Both the position numbers and the translations under genes were made by a program. A model generated the notes under the pieces. That model saw nothing but the letters and a program-made list of their open reading frames with translations. It searched no databases and was not told the origin of the DNA. A stretch of DNA of 64,000 nucleotides from Chlorokybus atmophyticus (Eukaryota; Plantae; Mesostigma and Chlorokybus algae), in contig RHPI01000003.1 in NCBI GenBank assembly GCA_009103225.1, positions 342,900 through 406,899 on the forward strand, given 5' to 3'. Each line of letters opens with the position of its first letter. The stretch's first letter is position 1. This document shows, one piece after another, positions 50,780 through 60,972 of this stretch.

Positions 50780-52120
50780 GGTTACGACCAAGGCCGTCTG
50801 CGTCCTGGTTGGACAAGCCTGCCCGATGCTCCACCTTAAAGTTTTACTCCCGCAGCAATAGTGCCCACCGTGCCAGCTTGCCTGTCAGGTGCTGGTTGGT
50901 CATCAGCCATTATAGTGGTTGGTGGTCGGTGATCAGTTAAAACAACCGTCCAAACAGAATGAGGCGGATGAAGGAGATGGCCCATACTGCGGCGCGACAC
51001 TCCCCCTCGTATCTGTTGTAGTTGGCCTCAGCGCTGTTGTTGCTGCGGCTGGCATACGACACTACGCGCTCCTTCTTGTTGTCATAGTGCTGCACGAGCA
51101 CTGCTCCCATGCCAAGCTTGCTCCAATCTGTGTGCAGGATGAATGACTTGTTGTAGTCAGGTTGCTGAAGAATGGGAGCTGTGGTAAGTCGGAGCTTCAA
51201 CTCCTCAAAGGCCTCTCGTTGTGCCTCCTTCCACAAGAACTCCGTGTCCTTCCTCAGAAGCTCATTGAGTGGCCGTGCGATCTTCGCGACGTCCTTGACA
51301 GACCGTTTGTAGTAGTTGGCAAGGCCGAGGAAAGCACGCGGTCGCGTGAGATCTGTGGGGGCAGGGATGGCCACCAATGCCTCCACCTTGGCCTGCTATA
51401 CATATACCCCGTGGGGCACAATTATGTGCCCTAGGTACGATACCTTGTGGGTAAAAAAGGTGCACTTGTCGGGGTGCACCGTCATCCCTACTTCCTTCAG
51501 TCTCTGTAGCGCCTCCTCGATGTGCCTGAGATGCTCCTCATTGCTGCGACTGAAGATGAGGATGTCGTCGATGTAGCAGCATATGAAGTCTAATCCCTTA
51601 GGGGCTTTGTCCATTACGCGCTGGAACTTGGCAGGAGCATTGCTCAGTCCGAAGGGCATGACCTTCTATTGGTACAGCTGCCGGTTGCTCCAGAAGGAGG
51701 TCTTGTGCTTGTCCTCCTCCTTAATGGCGATCTGGTTGTACCCTTGGCGCATGTCCAGGATACTGCAGACTATACAGTCTCCTACATTATCAAAGGTGCC
51801 TTCTGCAATTGGCATTCGATACCTATTCTACTTATTGGGTCGTATTGTTGAGGGGGCGGTAGTCACTGCACATACGACAGTCTGTCCAGTTGCCTTCTTC
51901 ACGGGCATGACAGTCGTGGCTGCAAAGTCTGATGTGGACTCCTCCATCAGGCTTGCATTTAACAGAGCTTTGCACCTTAGCTCCACCAAGTCTTCTTCCA
52001 ACTTGAAGAGTCTGTACTGTTGTCGGAACACCAGTTCGGTGTCCACCAACTCAATATCCATCCAATAAACTGAGCAGCTGCCTAGCTCTTTCACGCTGAT
52101 GCTAAACTGACTCCTCCACT
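50780..52120 (-). pseudogene. Ty3/gypsy-type reverse transcriptase and RNase H
   Basis: FRQQYRL, MPFGLSNAPAKFQRVMD, CYIDDILIFS, FLGLANYY, FILHTDWSKLGMGAVL, YEGECRAAVWA, TDHQPL, GKLARWALLLREYNFKVEHRAG...DADGL. Contains stops and frameshifts. Confidence 0.97.
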
Positions 52121-52600
52121 TGTTAAGGAGAGCCTCGAGTTGTTCTCGTGTCTTGCATATAGCTAGTGGTCCAATGGCATGGGACCAGGAGGTAGCGTTG
52201 GCGACCACTGGTTTGTCCTCCGCAGTGACTGCTGCCTGCTCCTCCATGTGGGCAATCTCGAGGGTAGTGTGTGCCGCTTGGGTCACTCAAACGATCAGCC
52301 CCCCCCCCCCCCCCCCCCCCAGGTGNNNNNNNNNNNNNNNNNNNNNNNNNNNNNNNNNNNNNNNNNNNNNNNNNNNNNNNNNNNNNNNNNNNNNNNNNNN
52401 NNNNNNNNNNNNNNNNNNNNNNNNNNNNNNNNNNNNNNNNNNNNNNNNNNNNNNNNNNNNNNNNNNNNNNNNNNNNNNNNNNNNNNNNNNNNNNNNNNNN
52501 NNNNNNNNNNNNNNNNNNNNNNNNNNNNNNNNNNNNNNNNNNNCCCCCCCCCCCCCCCCCCCGCCAGGTGTTCGAGCGCCTGGAAGGACACACGGTGGTC

Positions 52601-53561
52601 CTAGAGAGCAAAGCACATCTGAAACAACCACACCATGCTGTTTTGGTCCATGGCGCGCCCCAACAGCTGACGCTGTTGATTGTTGGTTAGCATGGAACCT
52701 GTGATACTACTTGAAGAAAATCCCATGACGTGTTCGCGCTCACGAGCGTTGGGCTCCTACAATCGACCTGTGTTGGAATCCAACACCATGCCGTCGCCTC
52801 CGTCGCGCAAGGCGTATAAACTTGGGTAAGACACCAGAGTGGGGAGCGCACGGCGCGGTTAATCAGGCTAGTTGCACTGATAGAAGTGCTGGTGATCGTG
52901 TCGTGTGACTGGTTGTGCTGTGCGCTCAGAATCCAAGATAGAATTGACGGTAAGATCACGTGCACGACCGTGCAAATATTCAGCAGCAAAAAGATCCTCG
53001 ACCGTGGCCAAGTTGGTCCACTTGGCGCGGACGCAATGAGCACGGTATCCATGATGCGCTGCGTTGATTTGGAGAGGATGCCCAGCAAGGAACACACCCG
53101 GCGAAAGCTGTTGGCCATGTGATGACACTTATCGTCCTCGAAGTACACGCTTTTGATGATGTACCCTAGAGGCCTGGAAAGCTGGTTGCTCTGCAGGAGT
53201 TTGATGACGCGGATCAGTTCAAGAACAGTTGCGAGCGAGGATCAGAGAGTTTTTGGCCTCTGTTTGCTTTGGCTTGACACTCCCAAGCAAATATCAGCAG
53301 GTCGATGTTGCCCACCGCCAGGAGGTGATCCGCAATGATTAAACGGATGCCCTGTGGCAGTGCCTTTAGACTGCCTTGCAGTGTTAATAGTGGCAGCTGA
53401 TGCGGGTAGCATTTGTGTAAGTGGCGCAAGTGGTGGCTCAAGGCAATTTGTGCGTGTGGATCAGGGTCACAGTAGAGGTACTTGGTGATTGTTGTGCCCG
53501 TGTTGAGGACAGCGGTGAGGCCACTACCTATACCTCCAAGCAGTTCCCACGCGGTGATGCC
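52601..53561 (-). pseudogene. C5 cytosine DNA methyltransferase (DNMT) domain inside the retroelement
   Basis: Motif I WELLGGIGSG; YCDPD; motif IV IDLLIFAWECQ (catalytic Cys at 53277-53279); DPRSQLF.ELIRVI; motif VI position YIIKSV (ENV altered); motif VIII INAAHHGYRAHCVRAKWTNL; motif IX EPNAREREHVMGF; motif X QRQLLGRAMD. Two frameshifts (about 53218 and 53075) and several stops. Confidence 0.9.
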
Positions 53562-54049
53562 TTATTAGCGGCGAAACACGTGGAACTCCACTACTCCAGT
53601 GGCCACCTGGTGTTGCTCCTGGGCTGCAGCTTGGTCCTTGTTGAGAGGGAACCGTGCAGTGAGCCGTGGTCTGGTCAATAGAAAATGCGCGACCACTTGT
53701 GCGCGCCAATGGCATTCAGCTGGTTTATATTTGGCCACTTTTTTCAGTGGCATCCTCTTGGGACTCATCGGGATAGGAGAGTCTTGGTCAGGGCTGTGGG
53801 CGCCTACCGCTGCTAACTTGTCAGTGGTTGTCAAAGCCAACTTGTAGGTGGCTGTTGCAGCTGACCTTTGGTGAGAGCGAGTGCGAGCCATTAGCTAAAG
53901 AGGCAAATATCTTTGAACCTCTCCATCCTCCCCAGTCTAATGGGGACAAAATCATGCCTTCTCTGTCTAGCAGTCCAGCCCCATGCAAACAGAAAAGTTG
54001 AAGTCCTGTCCCAGCAGCAGGTCGAAGGATCCCGCGTCGGTGACCACAC

Positions 54050-54330
54050 ACTTCTGTATGACCTCGGTGTTGTGGGAAGGGTCCAACCCTGTCAAGCAAA
54101 CGCAGAGGGCTTGCTAAGTGATGCCAATCACCTTATCACGGTTGCCGGTTGCTGTGTCGAGCATGTATGGGCAGGCTCAATGCTGGTGATGCCGAGGTCG
54201 CGTGCGAGGTAACGTCCAATGATGACAGGCTGGGCTCCAGAGTCCAATATCATGCGCTTGGGTGCTCGACCGTTGATGGTAACATGCTTGCCTTTGTTGG
54301 CGATTATGGCTGCGCTGGCGTTGATGCGCA
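54050..54330 (-). pseudogene. Retroviral-type aspartic protease
   Basis: VTINGRAPKRMILDSGAQPVIIGRYLARDLG; DSG at about 54236-54246. Confidence 0.9.
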
Positions 54331-56549
54331 GACGCTTAAATGGTCGGCAGCGTGTGCGTGGGGTGACTGCTGCTGCAGTCTCCTTCGGTGTCGAGCGCAG
54401 TGCGGCAAGCGCCCCTCGACCGGCTGGGTCTCAAGAACCTCCTTGTCCACGGCCTGGCCCGAACCGTCTTTGTCATGGCTGTTAGAATACGCGCTGCGGC
54501 CGATGTGCTGGTGGTGCTGCCTGTGGCTGCCCTGGTTGTGGCGCAGGGGGATTGCGCCTCTTTGTGGCCAGGGTTATATCTAGTGGCGTGGCCAGTGGCT
54601 GTGGAAGCAATCCTGGAGTCCTGGGTGTTTGTGGGCCCGCCTCCCGTGCGGCCTGTTCTGCCACAGGAGTCCAGTGTACATCATGAGCCGCCTCCCTGTC
54701 CGGTGTACCTTCCCATGTAGCTGTTGGATTGTTAACCACGTCACTCCGGCGATGCATCTAAAGGCATGGGCTGAGGATACACTGCGCGCAAGAGCCGTGC
54801 TCCTATGTCGTGGGTAAAGGTGGGAACCCTTGGGATCCCAACCATGTAAGCACCCCATCTGCCATTGACCACCCCCACTTCTAGCACCGTTATTGCTCGT
54901 GCACGCACAGTGAGGTAGATCGGGATGTCAAATATGTTGCTCATAAGTAGCTGCAATGCGTCTACGTTGCCGCGCTGCTTCCACTCCAAGCAACCTCAGT
55001 ATGGCCTCTTGATCTCCTTCAAAGGAGTTAGTGGCTGCCGAGGCAACCTCGTCATAGGCTTGCTGTAGCGAGCGAAGGAAGGCGTCCAACCAAAGTAATG
55101 TGGTGTTAAATGCAAAGGGACTGCGGGGTGGTTGGTGACTAACCAAGTCACTGGTCTTGCTCGCGCTGCATTGCCACCCTCTCGCATCCCCATCATCTAT
55201 CTCAGGCCAATGCCTTTTTGTCGATGTAGCATACTTGCTTGTCGTAACAGGGCAATACGAACTTGCTGTTCTCCAACTAGGCCTGCTCCATCCCGTTGTG
55301 TACACCTTTGTGATGTAAGGTAGCCTCTCCCTGGATTTCGCTAATCGTCAGGCAAATCTTCCACTAAGGCGGATAGCAGCGTGGCGATCACCCCCCTGTT
55401 TTGTTGGGTCAGCGCCCTCACCTGGTCGATGTCGGGCTCAACAGCGAGAGGTGTCGTGCTGGACGATGGGCCAGCGATTGTTGGTCGAGGAACGCTAGCG
55501 CGAGCAGCAGCAAGGGCTTGCGCTCTTGCGTTGATGGCTGCAGCCTAGTCCTGCCGCCAGGTGAACGCTTGTTCTAAAGCGGTGTAGCGCTCGTGGAGTT
55601 GAGCAGTACTGAGTAGCCTCTGTGCATGGTCGTTACTCAAAGGCATGTCAGCTGCATTACTGATGTGCTGCTGCCTATTGAGTTGCCGGTCTCGATACGT
55701 GTCCAGCGGACTTGGCTTGAAAGGCTCGCGACAAACTTGTGCGGGCTGGCGTGGCGCGGTCTGCATGTTATTATGCAGAGTCCAGAGCAGCTGCAGGGCC
55801 AACTCCAACACAACAGATATTATGACCACAAAGACGCAGTCTCGCATGGGATATTCTGGCAATGGGAAGACGCAATCACTGCGTTCAACGCGCGTGGTGC
55901 GCTCTCCTCCTCGCTTAAAAGCAATGGTAGAGGGATCAGCTCCACGCATGGTCTCCCATGCGCGCTTAGCTTGCTGACCTCGCAGAACACCCTGACTGAT
56001 GTTGAGGACGGGCAACGAAGTTGCGCGCATTGCTGCAGCGGCAGCAGATTCAACGATGGCACTGGCAGTGGTTGCGATAGTGCCGATCAGCGGCGCAAGA
56101 ATGGTCTCAGCGCTTGTTGATACAAATGCTTCGGCAGCTGGAGCGGGATCGGTGCAATCCACGGCTACAAAGCCGATGACAGCAGTGGCTGTCGCCAACG
56201 TGCTCACCAGTGCTGGCGTCACGGTGCCCACCAATGCACCAACTCCTTGTGCAACTGGAGTAGTTGCTACTGACGCTGACGGGGTCAATGTCGTAGCCGG
56301 TGTGTCTGTTGCTGCTGATGCAGCACCACTGGTGGCTTTAGAGGAGGTAGCTGCTAGCGATGTTGCGGCTTCCCCTCGTGCTCGTTGGGATGGTAGAACG
56401 CGTGATGGAGTGCTCGTGTCTCTCGTGCTTCGGAGCCAACAGTGCCCATCGGGCAAAGTAGCAGGCGCGATAGTCCTGCTCCTTGTCTTCCTCCAAGCGT
56501 GCCATACGCGCCATGAGGGCAGCAATGTAGTCATCAGCTGGTGGGTTGG

Positions 56550-58240
56550 CTAAAGCCTTGGCGGCAACAGCAGCAGTGCGCGGACGTCCTTCCAGTCCCT
56601 TGCGCTGAGGAGGACGTTTTTCCCCCCTGTAGCCTTGCTTTTTCTTGCAAGCATTAGCGTGTTGTCATGGTTTTCGGTGTGGTTGCTATTGTAGCCACCA
56701 GCGTCGTTGCCGTTGCGGCCTCTAGTGTTGTTGCTGTTGTAGCCACCATAATTGTTGCTGTTGTGGCCTCTAGTGTTGTTGCTGTTGTAGCCACTGGAAT
56801 AGTTGTTGCTGTAGCTGTTGGCAGGTCTTAAAGGAACGTGAGCTAGGAGACCGACTTTAAGTGGCCCGTCTTGTGACGGTAGTCGCAGACGAGAGTTGAG
56901 TACTCTTGGAGTACTCACTTACGGTGCACTCTTTTTAGTAGTGCCCATGCCGTCCACAGCGATGGAAAAGCACAGAGGCAGGCAAAGCAGTACGAGCTGC
57001 CCGTTTCCTTTTGTTGCGTGCTAGTGCAGCGTTCCAGCCACATGCGCGGCTAGGAGGCTCAGTAGTTGTGCTAGCTACAAGCCGTGAAGCGCTGCGGTTG
57101 GTGTCCAGCATTGCTTTCTCATACACCAAGCGCTTGTGGATGGCTTGTGCAGTCTCGAAAGCTTCCTTGAGCGTGTAGCCAAGGGGCCTGCTGTAGTTCA
57201 AGGTCAGGCGCATCGACTTGCTCATGTGGCATCCAACTTATTGACATACACCACTGCAGCAGCCTCGTCACTGACAATCTTGTAGTCAGTGTCCTTCAAC
57301 AGCCTTTCGAGTCTGGAGTACAGGCGTAGAGGGTCCTCGTTGGGCTTGCGTCGAAACCATCTCAGCTTCTCCACTTTGCAAGTGGTCTGAGGTGGGAAGG
57401 TGCGACGAAGTGCAGCGTATAGGTCCTTGAGTGGAGAGTTAGAGATGGCAGCACCTACAGTGATGGCTGGTGCGCGCAGTGCAACTGACCCGAGGGTAAA
57501 AGCACTGCCTCCCGCACGAGAGCCAGGTGTTGCCAGCGGTATAGGCGTGCCCACCTCGACAACTGCAGCTCGTTGTTCTTTAAAGATAGCAGCAAAATGG
57601 TCCAGAAACGGGCCTGTCGTGCGACCGTCTTAGCCTCAATCTCTGTAGGGATTTAGTTGTCGATCACCAACTCAGGCTCCTCCTCCTCCGCCCTCTCGAT
57701 GGCTGCAGCTATGCACAAGCCGGTGACTGCAGCGGGAGTGGCAGGTGGAAAGATGGCTGCTGGACTGTGCAGTGACGCAGATGCTATGGTGCAGGCGAGC
57801 TCGCCATAGCCATCAACTCGATGCAGCTCAGCAACAGACTTTCAAACATCGTGTGCTTCATGTTCCAGATGCTGAGCAGCAATGTGAAAAATAATCTCAT
57901 CTGACCGGTCTTTGTTTTTCAGAGCTTGTTGTCGCATTATGGAATGGAACTTGATAATGAATTCGTCCTGCGAGGTAGTGCCTGCACGCCCGGAGAAGCG
58001 TAGGAATGTGGTTGAGCTGGAAGACTTCATCTCGTAGTCGTCACTGTCGGACAATAGTGAAGAAGCTCGTGGCAAGGAGTAGACCGGAACGGAGTGAAGC
58101 CGGAGATAGAACCCGAGCCTCTGCTGCTGCAATCGTTGCTCCCGTCACTGGTCCGCTCGTAGGTGAGAGATTGGAGGTTGGGCTCCAGCTGCTGAGGTCA
58201 CCCTCGTCTATTGGAGAGAACGAGGTGGGCCTGCTCATAC
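56550..58240 (-). pseudogene. gag of the DNMT retroelement, with CCHC knuckle(s) and an Asn/Gly/Tyr-rich repeat
   Basis: FLRFSG...DEFIIKF; LYAALRRTFP...KLRWFRRKPNEDPLRLYSRL; HRCGRHGHY*KEC; GYNSNNTRG repeats at 56690-56820. Confidence 0.8.
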
Positions 58241-60257
58241 AGCTAGTCCATAGGTGAAAGTGTATGCAGGGTAGAGTGTTTGTGCTCTACTGTCTGTCTT
58301 GATGCGGCTACCTCTCACCACACTAGTGCTTGTGTGCGCACTAATGTGATGACAGTGATAATGAATGCACAGAGATGTATCCCCGGGTACGGAACGCACC
58401 ATCTAATGCAGAATGCGACGCACTCACTTAAGCAAAGAGGGTGACATTGTGAGTAAACAAGCCACTACGATAGGAAGTGCTGTGTACACAGTGCTTTGCA
58501 TGAGTGGATGATGCATTACAATGTTAAGTGAGGTGAATGAGCAAGCAGCTTAGAGATGCTATGTCCTGACTGATGCAGCAAACACACCAACGCTAAGCTC
58601 ACCGCAAGCACAGCGCACAACAGCATACACTGTGTCTCACGTGGTAAGGCAATCCTTGGCAACCGCGACGGTGTGCTTCCAGTTCAAGTCGCTTCACATG
58701 CTCTTTAATTAGCGAGTCTAGTGACATGACTTCTTACTTATACATGTCAAATCATGATTGTGGAGTGCCACGCGGGCACTAGGCTAACGGTCACATTGAG
58801 GCCGTATGCTACTACGGAATGTCACAAGACTTAATATAGCACATGAGCTGATAATATATTCCTAACTGATCAGCTACGCGCGGTTCCTAAAAAGAGGTCC
58901 ATAAAGTAGCCCTAGCTACATGCTACATGGAGTACGAAGTAGCTAGCAGTAGACTGGGGCGCGCGCGGTCTTCATGCTGGTAGCCCGGGCTTGGGACTGG
59001 ATGTAGGCATGCTCGAGGAGGATTGGCATGCGAGGGTACTTGGCATGACAGGACGTAATTACAAAAGACCAGGGTGGCACACTTGGGGCCCACCTAAAAA
59101 ATTCGAATGAATTCTTTAATTTGCTGGCGGATTGCCCCATCATCATCTACAAGGTAGCACGAATGCTTGGCAAGCTCGTGTATGTGACCAGTTGACAGTG
59201 ACTACTTTTATGCAACAACACCAATTCTTATTTCAATGACATTGATTTGTTCCATGCCAACATGCTCATAAAATGTTAAATGCGCAGTTCCATGCACATG
59301 GCGCACGTCTTCCATTACGACCCACTTAAACAGTGCGCTTGTTTTGCACATGCGGCCAACACAATTCAACCTTACATCACAAAGAACATCTTTTGGGCCA
59401 GATTTGCTAGGCCGGCAATGAAAGACACTAAGCGCAGCTTTTCTCAATCAATGCATATTAAATGGTTTAAGATGCTCATCATTTATTTAGGTTCACTTTT
59501 GTTTGGGCATCTTAAGGGTAATTGTATTGTGTTCATGAGTCTATGCTTGATGGTACGTTATGAACGCCATGCATGATATGCCGGGTCAATCGCAGTCTGA
59601 GCACAATGGGGTTGTACAATATGGAGATTTTAGTTTATGAACGCAAATGGCTTCAAATGTTGCTGCATAATCTGTGCAACTAGGTAACCGTGCAAGATCC
59701 TAAGTTGTTCAAGCAGTGGACATCGATGATCAGCTTTGCTTTGTTTAAACCAGTAGCAAAGTCTACAAATGCATGAATGGCATGATTCATGATACCGATA
59801 ATAGTTGTAGATTTTTTCATGAATTCTGTACGATGGGTTTTCAAACACAAACGGCACGTATCCATGTGATACTACAAGTCCAAGCTGTGATTACCAATCG
59901 ATTAACAATGCTTTGAAAGCATGCTTCGCCCTAGCCCTAACAATATACATACTTAGTTGCGTTAGGCTCCCTACATAGCTAGCTCTTGTGTACTTATAGC
60001 TTGCTACCTGCTTGCTGGCGTAGCTGGCGTAGTCGGAGTGGGCGTTTTTGTTCGCATGATTGTCCATGAGGGATTGGACACATACATGGGGATTGGACAC
60101 ATGCATGGCCGCCATTCTTACAAGCACAGCACTGCACAGCATCCCACGCCCTTCGCCCTTGCTGCTGCTCATGCTGCTGCTGTGCTGCTGGTGGTTCGAC
60201 ATAGGACTTCTAGTCCAACCTGTGGCGCTTGGCCGTCAGGTCCGACTGCCTGCTCTG

Positions 60258-60447
60258 ACTGCTGTCTACTTGCCCCTTACCCGCTCCCATCCCACGTCCT
60301 TGCATGCACTTAGGCAGCTCATGTAGCTAGTTACTGCCCCGTTGGTCATTAAGAGTGGCTGTGTTTTGGCGTGTGTTGGCGCGAGTTGGAGTGCTAGTTG
60401 TGAGTGCGTTTACTGCATCAGACCTACTGGAAAGCCCATACATGTAT
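60258..60447. repeat. Right member of the inverted repeat pair (partner 48397-48614)
   Basis: Reverse complement aligns with 48397-48614. Confidence 0.8.
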
Positions 60448-60972
60448 CATTGGCATTGGCATATTATCACAAAATTGGAACCCTTGCATTGTTGTTGGCA
60501 AATTTGCATGCCCTTAATGAGAGATTGTTGAGCCCTCTGTGTATTGCATTGTAAGCATATTGGGGCGATTACAAATCAAGACCTGTGCTTGCACAAGAAA
60601 CAGGTCAACAGATCCTTCGCCATGACATTACTTCTGGCCAGAACAGCAACCAATCTCCAAAGAACACTGTGTGCTGCAGAGTAAGAGTACATCCACTGAC
60701 TTATGCAGCCTTTGTTGCTTCTTCATGGCATACAATGTTGTAAAACTGCCAGTATGCGCAAGAGTTGCTTATCAATATAAAGAATGTTTATGTTCATGCC
60801 TAGCCACGGAATAGAGGTCAACGACCTCATCTAGTCTACAAGAATGCCTTATTTTCACTTACATAGACGATGTATATACTTACATGTTGATTATTGTCCG
60901 TTATTCTCGATCAACCCTTTCACCACACGGACACCGCAGCACCACCACCAGCAAACAATGACCCCTTCCAAG

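Larger units (their letters stand above)
49215..59050 (-). mobile_element. Ty3/gypsy-type retroelement: gag-protease-DNMT-RT-RNaseH-PHD, split direct repeats, no integrase core
   Basis: Termini TGTC...GACA; possible 4-bp TSD GGGC/GGAC; repeat A at 58456-59050 and 49443-50080; repeat B at 50083-50320 and 49215-49452. Internal domains are listed separately. Confidence 0.9.

Noticed and set aside
52300-52570. Poly-C tracts as a poly-Gly linker or regulatory element
   Set aside because: Both sides of the 218-N gap end in the same C(n)..CCAGGTG, so the gap may be an unresolved overlap; true length and sequence are unknown.
59200-59900. Possible HUH/Rep relic (RHVHGTAHL)
   Set aside because: An HxH triplet alone is weak; no downstream catalytic Tyr motif or helicase found.
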